Shown one piece after another: positions 23,529-37,658 of a DNA stretch of 64,000 nt (position 1 is the first letter of the stretch; every line of letters starts with the position of its first letter). The DNA lies in assembly GCA_900088475.1 (NCBI GenBank), contig FLMG01002721.1:6017-70016 (forward strand), written 5' to 3'. The position numbers and the translations under genes are program-made. This stretch comes from Hyphochytrium catenoides. Taxonomy: Eukaryota > Protista > Hyphochytriomycota. Below the pieces are notes generated by a model. It was given only the letters and a program-made list of their open reading frames with translations, was not told the DNA's origin and ran no database searches.

Positions 23529-26500
23529 ATGAAGGGTCCTGTGGATGATCTGGTGATGACTCTGGCGTCCGATGATGAGGTAGGGAACGTCGTCTCCAAG
23601 ACCTGCTCAGCGAGAAAATAATAGTCTCCGTCTGCAAGGTGTCTGTGGATGATGAGAGCGAAGATGAGATGCAATCTTTAGAGCCTGCTAAAGGCAGCAG
23701 AGGCATCAAAAAAGGTAGGCATTCTAGCACGCATAGCTTAGGTACAACCCCTGACATGTCGGTTAGGTGACAAGGACCAAGGCTTTCAGTTTCAGTTTGA
23801 CGATGCACTGGGCTATGGTACCGAGGTAAATGTAGCTCCTCTGGTTGACATTCTTGACGTTCTGGCAATGACAGATGTCCTGATGAATGACTCTTCCTCT
23901 CTCTCTAGGCCTACATATCGGGAGGACATTCTTGGAACTTTAAAGGTAAGAACCCTCTTTCTCCCTCGTTATCGTTAAACATGTTCCATGTTTACTAGGG
24001 CGCCACATCTAACCTCTCTGTGGCCCGCTGATGGGTTTATAGACGCTATTGCAAAAATAGAAGAGTCAGAGCGGCAGCGAGGGGTTGTCACAACCTCTTC
24101 ATTAGAGGATAAGATCAGAAGGAGACTGGACGAGAAAAAATCATTAGAAGGAAAGAAGAAAGCAAAGAAGAAGAAGGCAAAGAAGGAAGTAGAGGCTGAA
24201 GGCGTAGAAGATGCTAACAATAAGGAAGAAGAGAAAGCAGGGGAGGAGGTCAAACCGAACAAAAGAAAGAATGCTGAACAGAAGGAGGAGGGTACCACAG
24301 AGAAGCCGGCAGAGAACGCCAGCGAGCAGGAAGAGGAAACATCTGGTGAAGAAGAGAGCAGTAGCGATGAGGAAGAAGGAGGTCAGGATGATGAGGTGGC
24401 CGAGGAAGAGGCAGGAGGCAGCAAAGAGACAGACCGGATAACAGTCCGACAGCCCAAGGAATACGCAGAATTCTTTGAAGAGTTTGAAGCAGATCAGCAT
24501 CTTCCAGTCTCATGGACCCAGCTTAGCCTTTCTCGCCCTCTCCTGAGAGCCATTGAAGCTCTTGGATACAAGGCGCCCACTCCTGTACAGGTACGATGAC
24601 GGAGGATAAAGAGAGAGAGACAGCCCTGAAGGAGCAACTCAAATGATCCCACTGCGTTTGGACACATTGTGGTGAATCCCAGTCAGACTACCTGTCACCT
24701 TTATGTGAGAATGGAAGGGATGTACGTCTCCAAAGAAGACTCAGTCTCATCATCGTCTTGTCTCGTTCGGTTGTCTCCCCTCTAGCAACGCGTCATTCCT
24801 TTGGCACTAGAGGGCAGAGATATCTGCGCCAGTGCTCAAACCGGCTCCGGTAAAACCGCCGCATTCGTTCTCCCGACATTGGAGCGTCTTCTTTTCAGAG
24901 AACAGAGAGTCTCAGCCACCCGTGTCCTTGTGATCACCCCGACCAGAGAGCTGGCAACCCAGGTAAATACGTGTGCAGTCCTATCTTCACATGAAGGTTA
25001 TAACCTCCACGTCTTCATTAATCTCTGAGTACATGAAGTCTCGTTCTCTGTCACGTTGAATCTCGTGCTTATGGCTGTCCTTCCTCTATTTCTCCTATAG
25101 TGTCAATCGGTCTTCCAACAGCTGGGGCGATTCTCCTCAGTGACTGTGGGGCTTGTGGTTGGTGGATTGAACCTCAAGGCACAGGAGGTGGAGCTGAGAC
25201 GGAGGCCCGAGGTTGTGGTCTGCACTCCCGGAAGAATGATAGACCATCTCAGAAACTCCATGGTGAGAAGCCGGGAAGTGAAATTGAATGTGTGAAGGTC
25301 GTTACACGGAGATAGACAGGTGCAGGGCTGGCCCTCTCCATGGGAATTCCGGGTTACGAGGGAGTTTGGAGGGGGGAGGTACTGGGTTGAATGTACCTGT
25401 TAGACTCTACTAGGGGGAGGGATCGGTTGGAGGATAACTAGCGAGAGAGACGGGGCCCTTTACGCTGAGGATAGGTGGTGGCCTCTCAACAGTGACTAAA
25501 TATCGTTCTTCAGTCTGTCCATTTTGATAACCTGGAGATTCTAGTCTTGGACGAGGCTGACCGTCTGTTGGAGCTGGGCTTCACAGAAGAGGTAAGGAAG
25601 TGAAGCCGACGGTCCCATGTAGGCGAACAATCAATTAGTCTCGTGCTCTCTATAAGTGCTTTCCCTATCGATTGGAAGACATGATGGTTGAGGGAGTGAG
25701 GCCATATATTGTTGCCGGATGACAGGGCGAGCAAGAGGAAGAGTTAGAATATGACTTCTTGCTCTTTCTAGGTAGAGGAGCTGGTAAAGCTTTGTCCGGT
25801 CTCTCGTCAGACACTGCTTTTCTCAGCCACTATGACGACCAAGGTACGCTAGATCTCCTACCTTCTCTGACATACCTCTGGTCACGCCACTCGTACAGCC
25901 AAAGGGTGCATCTGGTCCCTTACACTCGGAAGTGCCTGCTACCACTGTTCCTTCTCTCATGCATGGTTCTGAGTAACATATTGTTCTTTGAAACTTATGG
26001 TCCTCCATATCTCTGTTTCCAACCCGTAGGTGGACCAGCTAATCAAGCTGTCAATGAATCGCCCCGTCCGTATTAGCGCTGATCCTCTCTTCGATATGAG
26101 CCGCCTATTAGTTCAAGAGTTTGTCAGAATTAGAGAGAAGAGAGAAGAGGACAGAGAGGCCATTCTCTTAGCTCTGTGCACTAGGACCTTCAAGAGCAAT
26201 GTAAGGCAGAGTGAAAGAGGAAGGCATTCGAGCGGTGGCAAGAGCTAGTCTGGATAATGGATGGGGGAGGAAGATGGATGGGATAGTCAAACTTACCCCG
26301 TATTGCTATCGCCAGACGATCGTTTTCTTCCAGTCAAAGAAGTTGGCGCACAGGATGATGATTGTCTTTGGCCTTGCGGGCATTAAGGCAGCAGAGCTTC
26401 ACGGGGATCTCACTCAGAAGCAAAGACTAGAGGTGCGAACCTCTTACAACTTGAACCCTCCTTTTTCCCGCTTACGTCCATTAGATATTGTAGACCTTCT

Positions 26501-28981
26501 TTTTTCGTGTGGTTCTTGCGAAGTTCTCTTTCCTGATTAGTGTCTGAGTGCCCTGCCCTGACTGTCAAGCTCTTCCATCCTTGCAGTCGTTGGAACGCTT
26601 CAAGGACGGTGAGGTGGATATCCTCCTTTGTACAGACCTTGCGGCACGTGGTATTGATATCTCCGGCGTGGAGACTGTTATAAACTATGAGATGCCGAAA
26701 GACATCACCACCTACGTACACAGAGTAGGAAGAACAGCACGAGCAGGCAGAAACGTAAGGACACGATGATTGCTATTCTTTAATCTGCCGCGAGGATTTT
26801 GTTTTCTGGACGGTGTGATACCTCTTTCTCGTCATCCTGATAACCTGATGACAACAAACTGATTGCACATGCGAACAGGGTGTCGCTGTCACTCTGACGG
26901 GCGAGAGTAGACGTTTGCTGATGAAGGAAGTCATTCGGCATTGCCAAGGGTAAGCCTGGAGGAGAACATATAGGCTAGAGCTACAACCGTGACGAGCGAG
27001 AAAGGAAATGCTGGAGGAGCGAGAAGGCTAAGGCGAAAGAGAGGGCGGAGGGTAGCCATCCATGCCTCTTGGGCACCTTTTGTTGACCGTGTGCGGTGCA
27101 TTTCCTGCCATTTGGGTGGGCAACTCATCATACTGCTCTTTCTCTCATTGCAGTGCGGTGAAGAGCCGAGCTGTCCCTCCGTCCGTAATCGAGCAATGGC
27201 ATGCTAAAATTGAGGCAATGGCAGATGACATTGACGCACTCTATAAGGTGAGGACTACTGGTTAGAAAGACACCTGTAAAATGTACCTTGAGCCTAGCAG
27301 AAGAAAAGATGTCGGAAAGAACCGAACAAAGGGAGAGAAGCAAGATGGTGGAATAGAGCCACAGGCACCCTTAAGCGTTTGAATTTCACCAGGAAGAGGC
27401 TTTGGACCGGCAGCTACAGAGGGCAGAGATGGAGGCAAAGAAGGCAGCGAACCTGATCGAGCATCATGATGAGATCAGCAACAGGCCCGCGCGGACCTGG
27501 TTCATGACCCAAAAGGAGAAGGAGGAGCTCAGGAAGAAGACTGCAGAAGAGCCCAAGGAAGAAGAAGTGGAAGAGGAGGAAGATACGACTGTTACGAAGA
27601 AAAAAAAGAAAGCCAAGAAGGAGGAGAAGGAGACGCCGAAGAAGCCTCACCGTCTCACAAGACAGAAGAAGAGGAGAATGAAGATGGTTGAAGAAGAGCA
27701 AAAGTTTGCAGAGGCTGAAGCTGAAGAGAAAGGAACAAGTAAGTAGTCGCCTGAGGAACAATCCAGAGGCAAGGGAAAGAAGGCTATGGGAGTATCTGAA
27801 GAGGGATGCACAGAGGGCGTTGAAGAAAAATCGAAACTGAGAAATTGAGCATGTAAAAGAGCCGCAGCATGCTTGAGAGAGAAAGACAGAGAGAGGGAGA
27901 GGGAGAGAGAGAGCAAGAAGAAGGGGATCAAACATGGGGAATACTAGAGTTGACGAAAGAAAAGCTCACCTTCTTCTTTTCTTCCTCTTTTGATGGGCGC
28001 AGAGGTCGTTAGCAACGAGGTGAAGATGAAGGCTGTGGCGAAGACCTTCAAGAAAGAAGAAGCGAAAAGGAAGCGAGAGGAAGGTAAGCAACATTGCGGG
28101 TTGCTACTTCCTGCTTTTAGCTTCCTCTTTCTCCTTGGTGTTCCCTATCCTTCATTCTTCCACTTTATAAATCATTTCACTCTTCTTGTTAGCATCAGTC
28201 AGATCGCCTAGCTAGTGTTACATGCTAAGGCGCTGTCTCTAATCTGTCCGCGAGGAGGCAAGGCATTGTGCTGGCTGTATTCCTAAGCCCTATGTAGATC
28301 TACGTTTTGGCATACATTCTTACCCCGTGTTACTCGTTCCTTGTGTTGACGCTTTCCTGGCTCTTTCGCCTTTCTCCCTCTTTTTCTCTCTTTATCCATG
28401 GTTCATATCTTAATTCCCTCTCTCTGGCAGCGGATATGTCCATCAGCGAGAGGACGAAGAAGTTCAAGAAAGGGGGTAGGGCGCCTTCATCGGGAGCCTT
28501 CGATATCGACTTGAACAGTCGGCACGGTGCAGTCATTGGAGAAAGAAAGAGCGACAGAAGACAAATGAGAAAGGAGAAGGGAAGAGACGGCAAGGGCAAG
28601 AAGCAAAGCTTTGAGTTTGAGGAGAGGATCACGAACCTGAGGAAAGGCGGAAAGGTGGCGCGAAACTCTTTCAAGTCAAAGGCCAGGTATCTTAACAGCA
28701 TTCAAGTTTACTGTCTCTCTCTCTCTTCCTCTCTGTGTCTCTCTCCCTCACACTCACTAGCCCACTCTCTCTCTTTCTCTCCTCCAGCCCCCTCTCCTGT
28801 TTGATTCTTCAGCTCTACCGCAATACCCTTGCGGCCAGCTAGCGCGTCTTGTTGTCCTCTGCCGGCTATTTGCCCAGCCTTGGTGCTCTTCAATAGCCCA
28901 ACTTGTGGCTCTTCCCTGCCTCTTATGACCTCGCGAGCTAGTCTCACCACCCATTGATCCAGGTACAAGAGGCGGAAGTAA
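23529..28981 (+). CDS. DDX27: DEAD-box RNA helicase DDX27/DRS1 (60S ribosome biogenesis), multi-exon
   Basis: Q motif [73 protein letters not shown]; DRS1-like tail RPARTWF and FKSKARYKRRK*. Confidence 0.93.
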
Positions 28982-29350
28982 AGCTTCTAGACCGAGAAAG
29001 TGAACAAAAGAAAAGAGTGAGAGCTTCGGAAGATACTTCCAACCCAAGGGCAAGCCCTAGAGAGAGAAAGATTCATTGGCGAGTGAAGGACTGGTGACAA
29101 GTCTGCTATATTTATTAGGGAAACGCGACACAACTGGTGTCGATCTAGGACCCACCTAGGCCCTGGTAATAAATAAATGGAGATAACTCCTTTGAGAAAT
29201 CGTGGAAGGAGAGAGACAGCCTTGACTACCCGTACTTCTCTCTTCTGTCTCGCTCTATCCGTCTCTCCTTCTTTACCTTATACTCTCTCTCTCCTTCGCT
29301 GTTCCCGTACAGTCTCTCACTGGCAACGGGAACTCTGCTCCTCCCTTTTC

Positions 29351-31548
29351 CTATGTCAAGCGCTCGGGATCTTCACCTAGATCGTAATGGCTAGGCGGCC
29401 GAGGGGCGGACCGGGAAGGCAGGCGGCATATCCGCTCAGTCTCGGAAGGCACTGGAGGCGGACGTGACGGCCAAGCAGCTTTCTTCTCAGAGGTTTGAGG
29501 ACGAGACTGGTGATGAACGGAAGACCGTTGGGGTGAACGCTTTGCAGGCGCCGTGGAGGCACGTCGGTTGTCTCTTGGTTCTGTCTCTTCCTCAATTCTG
29601 CCATCTCTCGCCTCGTCAGCCAGGTTGGGACTGGTTGACCCGTGGCTAGGGCTACCCTTACTTCTCTCTTCCCTCCGTCTTCGCTCTCTTCTCTCTTTAA
29701 ACCTGCGGATGAGCTGTCGGGAGAGCCTGGACGCGGCGAGGACAGAAGACAGATTTGGTCTGCCTGCGATGGTGGTGACAGCCGTAAAGATCTCCTCCTT
29801 GGTGACCTCGATGCTCTTGCTCTGGAGCATCTGCCGCAGAGGATGCCGCCCATCGTCCGTCACCCAAGGGTGCTCCTGTGCAAGAAGTGTGAGATACGCA
29901 TTGGGGAGAGAGGGTAACGAAGAATAAGGTGGCGCAGATTGAAGGTAGGAGGATTAGACAGAAGAGTGACGGAGGAAGGAATCAGGAGAAGGGAAAGGCA
30001 GAGACCACAACGGGTAAAAAGACATATACAAAGGGCGAGCAAAGGAGGGAGACACAGAGACACATAGGCAAAGAGACAGAGCGTGAGAGAAAAGAGAGAG
30101 AGAACAGAGAGAGAAAAGAGAGAGAAAGAGTTCTGGTACCTTTATCTGCGAGATTGTGGCTCTGCGGGCGGGATCCTTCTCCAGCATCTTCCGCAGCAAG
30201 TCCTGCAGGGCAGCGCTTCGCCGTCCTTTAGCAGGAAACTGCAGGGGTTGATTCTATAGGATAAACGCATCCAGGAAGAAGACACTGGTGAGTCCTCAGG
30301 CCACAAAGTTTGAACAGGGGAGCCATGACCGGAGAGGTGGAATTAAAAGAGAGAAGAGAGAAGGGCAGGACAACGGACAGCAGGCGAGAAAGATGATAGA
30401 TAGATCGAAAAGAGATAACAAAGCGGGTCCTTTCTCTCTGGTCTCTTCCTTACCCTGATTGCTTCATAGAGCTCTGCGATGGACTTGGCCATGAAGGGGA
30501 CATACCCATAGTTGAATATGAAAAGAGTGATGCCGCTCGCCCAGATGTCGATAGACTTGTGTGGGGTCATACAGATGGAGAGAAGGAGAGCATTGACGTA
30601 GAGGAGAGGCAGAAGGAAAAGACGAACAGAGAGGAGGAAGAGTTAAGAAAGAGTAAAGGAGGAAGAGTTAAGAAAGAGTAAAAGAGAGAGCGAGGCCCAA
30701 AGAGGATAGAGAGAGAGATGGATAGAGAGAGAGAGAGTGATGAATATAGAGAGAGAGATGAAATAGAGAGAGAGACAGAGAGAGAGAAAAAAGAGAAATG
30801 GGGAGTGGGGGAAGAGCGAGCCGAGGAGAAAGGACAAAGACGGAAACCAGCTGCTAATCCAACTCTTATGCGCTGACGGTGGCTGTGAAGCAACTCTCTC
30901 TTGCTCTTCCTCTCTCGGACACCGGATGTCGCTCTCAACAATGCACTTCACTCCTGTCTTCATCTTTAGCTGACAATCCGCTTTCCTTGCCCTTCCTCTC
31001 ACTGCCAATCATGCTCCTCTGTCATTGAGCGACCCGCGTCTTACCTGCCCATTGAACTCATGGCCTGTGGTCATCTCTGGAGCCATGAAGGCCGCAGTGC
31101 CTGCCGTAGCTCGAATTTTATCCTGCGCGTCCTCTAACACCTAGATAGACGGAAACGATCATGAAGGAACAATGGAAAGGCAACGCCAAGGTAAATATAT
31201 TATCAGACAGAGGCAGAGATGCTTGGTAGAGCTCGCAGCGTCGAGTTGCCATGCTCTCGATGCAGGGTCAAGAAGCAGGCATAGGCGCTCTTGCTAAGGA
31301 GTGAATGGCAAGGAAGAGAGGAAAAAGAAAAGGAGAGCGAGGTTGAGAGTGAAGGGTGCAAGAAAGAAGAGAAAGAGACAGGAAGATAAGGTAAGGAGCT
31401 TTACCTGCGACACGCCGAAGTCTACAATCTTGAGCGTCTTCTTGTCCTTGGACAAGAGGAGGTTGGAGGGCTTAATGTCTCTGTGTATAACCTGGAGAGT
31501 TGGAACTATTAGCACCTTTGTCCACGCTTACTATTATTCTCTCTCTCT

Positions 31549-31613
<65 letters not shown>

Positions 31614-31890
31614 TCCCTCTCTCTCTCTCCCTCTCCCTGTCTCTCTCCCTCTGTCATTTCGCGTTTCTGTCTGGTGGTGGCCAGTGCAGCTCCTATCTGC
31701 CGTCTGTCCTGGGCCTTCGCTTACATTGTTATGGTGCAGGTACTCTAGGCCGAGGATCTAGCAGTGAGACAGAGCAGTCGAGACGTCGTTAGATTTACTT
31801 TTGAAGCAAGCGGAAGATGAAAAGTGAGGAGAGGATGGCTGTCAGCGAACTTTTCAAGTGAGGTTTTGGCATCAAACGGCCACTTGAGAG

Positions 31891-31934
<44 letters not shown>

Positions 31935-34290
31935 GAGAGAGAGAAAGAGAGAAAGAAAGAAAGTGAGAATGAGAGAAAGAAAAGACAGAGACACAGAGAG
32001 AGAGAGAATAAATACCAGTTGACGAAAATATCGCTTCGCATCTTGCTCTAACAGGGGCTTCAGCTTCCTGCTCATACCCATAAGAGCATGTTAGGATTCA
32101 ATAGATCAGAAGGCAAGACACAGCGAGGGGTTTCCAAGTGGAAGGCCATACAAGGGATGGAAAGGGCAGAGAGAGTGAGAAGGCTTATATAAGAAGGAAG
32201 AACAGGAGCGCGAGTATAGCGGTGAGAGGATATGTGACAGGCCGAGGCAAACAGAAAAGTCCTTGAAAAATAAAGCAAAGGCCCTACAGGCGACTATCCG
32301 GCATGACAGGACCGCCCTCGACGAGCTCGGAGACCATGTAGAGGTTGTCGTACTCTGCCCGGAGAGAAGATTGGGGTGAGAGGCGCTGATGCTCGTCATG
32401 CTCAAAAGACAGGTGGGGAAGAGCTAGAGACGAGAAGAGCGTTGACAAAGCGAAGGAGACATCTAGCACTTCTTCTCTATATGCGTCAGATGAAGACGAA
32501 GAGGGGAGCAGCAAAGGGCAATTACTAGGACTGAAAAGAGAAGAACAAGACAAGAAGAGGAGAGAGGACCCTACGTCTTACCCTCATCGTCGATCACTTC
32601 GTGGAGCACAAGGCAGTGCGGATGAATGACCTTCTTCCATATCGCGATCTCTCTCTGAATGTACTCCAGAGCGTTCCCTACCCGTCCAACTCGTGTCTTC
32701 TTCAGCTTCCGCTTGTCCACCATCTTCACGGCGTAGAAATTACCGTTAAGTCTGCTTTGCGCTTTGCGGACCATGCCGTAGGCTCCTCGCCCCAGTGTCT
32801 CAAGCAGAATGCTGAGTGTTCGAGAGACATCGCACAGGAGGGGAGGAGAGGAGGACGAACGTCAGACAGGTGTAAGGGCACAGCAAGGACCGCGTTGGAA
32901 ACGATCAGTCGGAGACTAAGTTGACCTCCTAAGAACTGACGCACTGCCTCTATCAGACAGCTAAGAGCGGTAAAATGGGAGACTAAGATTTCATCATCGA
33001 GGGAGAGGATGTCCGAGATAGACCCGAGCTAGACAGAGCGAGAAGGACCCGCCAGGAGGAAAACAGCGATGGGAAGACGCCCTTACTATTGGTTGACAAG
33101 GGTGTGCCCCTTTCTATTCCTAGCCTTGACGACCGTAGTGGTCACGTAGACAGCCGTCTTCCTCTTTTTCTTCTTTGCAGAGCCCTGACGCCGACGAGCG
33201 GTCTCCAAGACCACCAGTTCTTCATTCAACCCAAGCACTGCAGGTGAAGAAAACGAGCGGAAGAGAATCTTCTCGCAGATGAAGGAGTCCAAGCTGTTCA
33301 GCTCCCAGTCCTCTGCTTCGTCAGGCCCCAAGCGAATCTGCTCTAACTTCTTCTGCAAATAAGTCCTGAGAGAGAAGGAAGCCAGGAGAGAGAGAAAGAG
33401 CAGCGTGACAGACAGACAAAGAGAAGGGTAAGAAGAGAGACACACGAGGAAGCCCTATAAGGTAGTCGAGTGCCAGGTCGTCAGCTGCGAGGTAACTCCG
33501 TGCTTCCTGTCTACACCTTCAATGCTTGAAAAAGAATATATGGGAAAAATAGCTGCTCTCCCGCAACAAACTAGGCCAGAAGGGCTGCCTCTTAAGAGTA
33601 AAAAGAATATAGAGTCCAATGGCAGAGCAATGTAGGACCCATGTCCAAAAGCGCACGTCCACCTTGAGTCAGATGGCTAGTCGCTTACCTAATGTGGTCG
33701 GGGTTTTCAACAGTTAGAGACTGGGTTCTGGTTAGTCGCCGCCGACCATCTAACTCCAGCGTGCCCTTCTCCTGTCCTTTGATTGTTCCCTGTGACTCTC
33801 TTTCCTCTTGGATCCCCTCAGCCTGCAGCTTGCGTGATGCATAACGTGCCGCCACGGAGACAACCATGTTCGGGAGCCTCCATATGCTCCTCTGCCGGTC
33901 CTCCTCCTGCTGCCTTTGTAAGGAGAGAGAGAGATCAGTGTACGTCGTTTCCAACTCTTCGAGGTCTATGGTCCCGCGGGCAACGTCAAGAGCTCTAGAA
34001 CTGGGAAGACTGGCATCACTGATTCTAGCGGGGGAGAGATGAAGCTGGGCAGTCAGTCTCCGCACGGTATAGGACTCCTTTGCAAAGTATTTCTGTGAGA
34101 GGCGCTTCCAATCTGACTTATCAGGCTTCAAAGCTTTCATGCTCTGCCCCGCGCTCTGCAGAGATTTGATCACGGAAATCCCTTGCTTCTTATCGGCGAC
34201 CCGATCGTCACGCCCTGAGTCACCATCTCCAGCATGGTCCGTGAGCCGACTCTCGTGCGTCTCTACTGGGTGAGAGATATTGCAGCCCAT
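29351..34290 (-). CDS. CaMKK/GRIK-like Ser/Thr protein kinase with N-terminal MGC motif, multi-exon
   Basis: [103 protein letters not shown]. Confidence 0.85.
31538..31652. repeat. (CT)n microsatellite inside a CaMKK-like intron
   Basis: Long, near-perfect CT run. Confidence 0.95.
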
Positions 34291-35190
34291 GGTCAACCTC
34301 TATCTAGACAGCAGCGACAGGAAGCCTATTTATAGGCGTTGTGATGCTGGGGAAGCTCATAGAACTTCGCCTCATCTATTGGCTGGCACTGGCATTCAGG
34401 GCGATGATGCACCTTGTCCGCTCAGAGAGTGTATGTCCTTGAATGTTGCTGAGGCCTTTTTAGTTGGTCGTCGAGGTCCAATCAGCTCTTCCATTTCCAT
34501 CTCTAGAGAGCCCTTGGCTGACGTCCTGACCCCGAGGTGCTGAAAGTCTCTCTTCCAGAAGGACTTTCTAGAGACCATAAGAGGTGAGCATCCGAGGAGG
34601 AAGCTTCTCAATCAGCCGAAGGATGGCACGAAGAGGTTGGCATCGCGGCAGATCAGGCGGCTTTCGGACCTAAGAGACAAGAGAAGCCGTTGCCTAAGAG
34701 AAGCCGTAGCCTTGCCTGTAGCTTTTATGGAGTCCCAGAGCCATAAATATACATGGCGCTAATTCTCCTAGGGAATCCATTTAGAGACAGCCATATGTAG
34801 AGCGTGCCCATCCCACAGCCCTTTCTCCCTCTGCATCAAATGCACTCTCGCCTCTATCACCCTCCTTTCTCTCTTCTCTCTCTCTCTCTCTCTTTTTGTC
34901 TTCCTTCCCTCTCGCTCTCTCTCCTTCCTCGTCTCTCATTCGGCCTCTATTCCTCTGGCCTCATACCCAGCTCATCTCATGGTTGTAGCAGCGCTGGTCG
35001 ATTAGTTGCTTGAAGGCCATGTCCCTGCAGCGAGGTCTGCCACCCATAGTAGAATGTCTGCGCATGTTTGCTCTTCTTTGAGAAGGAGAGGGGGTAGGTG
35101 GGAAGAGACAGGCGAATGCGCAGTACAAGTACGGCCACGATGCGGACCACTGAAGAGATGATGGTGGTGTCGCCTTTTGTGACTAGGAGT

Positions 35191-35195
<5 letters not shown>

Positions 35196-35221
<26 letters not shown>

Positions 35222-35290
35222 NNNNNNNNNNNNNNNNNNNNNNNNNNNNNNNNNNNNNNNNNNNNNNNGAGAGAGAGAGAGAGAGAGAAA
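35196..35290. repeat. (GA)n microsatellite spanning an assembly gap
   Basis: GA runs flank the Ns at 35222-35268. Confidence 0.9.
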
Positions 35291-36152
35291 GAAAGAGAAA
35301 GAGAGGAGAGAAGAGCAGCTTTCTGTGATGTATGCAGCTCTTCCTAACCACACCCAAGCGCCAATCCGCCCACCCACTCTCATCCGTTACAAGCAGTGCG
35401 ATGATGAAAGAGAAACCTTCCTAGACAGGTTCCGAATAGGTCCAGCCATATCCTAGGTTATTCATATCCAATAGTGCCTTAGGTTTGGTGGCTGCTGCTG
35501 GGTCCTCACATCTCCTCCTTGGTCCTCCGCGCCAGCATCTGTCTCTCCGTCACTCGATGACATGCATGCGGGCGGGAGCTCAGGCAGGATCAGGGAGCCC
35601 TTCTTCTTAGTCTAAGATATTGACAGAGCCGGTCGGTTGTTTGACCGACTGACAATTCTTAGTCTATCGAGGCTCACCGTCGGCGTCGGCTGATAGAGTT
35701 TGGGTTATTGGTGCTCATTAGAGATGTCCTTCATAACGGAGACTCAGTCTCTGGGGCGAAGGCTAGGTCGGGTCGGACAGAAGGAGAGGCTTGAGTAGAT
35801 AGTTGATAGCAGTCGATGTTCTTGGTAATTATCAGCAGGAGTTCTGAGATCGTTCCTGCCTGGTCTCTAGGAGGGGACTAGGTGCTAGTTCCATGTAATC
35901 TTTACATTGAAACACCGTGGGCAGCAAGCCCACCTGATTCTACTGGCGAAGCCTGACTTGTTCTAGCGTCATCTTTTTGAGCCCGATAGGCCAGAGCAGA
36001 TCTGACCGTCCGGTTCGCTGGCATACCTTGGTCCTCCGTAGAGCCATTGAAGGGTGTTAAACTTGCTTTCCTCGGCAAAATTACGGGCCCAACCGTCTGC
36101 GATGGAGACTCACGCTAACCCTTTGAAGTATCAAGGGGGCCCACGATCTGTT

Positions 36153-37658
36153 CTACCGCAACGCCTTCATGCTTTGGGGTAGGTCTGCGAAGTAAGGATG
36201 GCTCATGGCCTCCGGGGCAGATATCCGCTTCGATGGATCGAACTGCAGCATCTTAGCCATGAGATCTACGCCTTGGCTATCCAGGGTTGGCACCAGGTCC
36301 TTTAAAGAGTCTTTTGATAGCACGGCGGATGTGGGAAGAGGTAACGATGGCATGCAGGGATAAAATGGTGTCAATAAACAAAAAGCCTAGTCGGAGTAGT
36401 AGGAAGCCTGAGAACTGATGAGGTTATACGACCGAAAGGCTATATAACATATTGGAAAGAAGAAATGAAGAGGAAGCCCGACAAAAGCTGGTCTTGCTTG
36501 AAATAGCACCATCATACTGATAATGCAGAGAGAGAGAGAGCTTCACATCACTGACGCTTTCAAAGCGCACCTGGCTTGGGATACACAGGGAAATCGGGAC
36601 GGTAGTCAGGAAGCTCCACAATGGCTGGATATTGGTCTGCGGACGGCGTGCCCAGATGTCTAAAAATGCGATCAAGTTGGTCAGTCTCTGACGTCCCAGC
36701 AAAGAGAGGCCGGCCGTTGACCATCTCCGCAAAGATGCAGCCGATGCTCCAGATATCCACTGGAGTCGAGTACTTTCTGTGGAGACTTATCAGTTAGATA
36801 TAAAGGAGTCTGCGGAAGGACCTGGGAAGCGATCTCCGTACCTTGAACCCATCAGGACGTCTGGCGCCCTGTACCATAAGGTGACGACTTCGTGAGTATA
36901 GCTCCGCACAGGAATGCCAAAGGCACGTGCGAGTCCAAAATCTGCCAACTTCAGCTCGCCCTCTCGATTGATAAGTAGGTTCTGGGGCTTGAGATCCCTA
37001 TAAATCAGCAAGTTGTCAAGCGATTCCCTCATGCGGATGATATCAATGTGGGCACCATCTTTTACCTATGGAGCACTCTGTGATGATGGCAATAGGCCAC
37101 CCCTCGAAGGAGCTGATAGAGGAAAGACTAGATGCGGGAGCCACGTGGTCGTTAGGGCTGCACAAGGAGGATAGCGGAGAAGGCATGTAAAGCGCTACCT
37201 TGATGATAGCCTTGTCCATTCCGCCCTCACATACGTCCAAGTACTTCTTGAGGTCCTGATCCAAATACTCGAAGACCAAAGTGAGCTTTCTCTCGGTATG
37301 CACGACATCGTAGAGACTGTGAGAGCAAGAAAGAATGAGTACTTTTGGTAAGAGTATGAACAGCATTGTAAGCTTTGCCGATACCGGACGATGTTGGGAT
37401 GTTGAAGCTCTTTCAAGAGCGAAATCTCTCTGATGGCTGTGCTTGGGATACCCTCATCCTCTGCTTCCAGTCGGATCTTCTTCAAAGCGAAGATCTCCCC
37501 TGTTAATGCGCCAGGATGCGCGAGACAGTTAGCAACATCCTTCCACACTAACACACTGCGTGCCGGTAGTAACAGTTACCTGTGACGCGGTCCTTGGCCT
37601 TGTAGACAACTCCGTAAGTTCCTTCACCAATTTTCTCTAACTTTTGATAGCGCTCCAT
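36153..37658 (-). CDS. Cyclin-dependent kinase, PSTAIRE type (CDC2/CDKA-like), multi-exon
   Basis: [78 protein letters not shown]. Confidence 0.95.

Noticed and set aside
23327-23548. 73-aa ORF upstream of DDX27
   Set aside because: Non-ATG start, no homology cues, and it overlaps the DDX27 start at 23529 in another frame.
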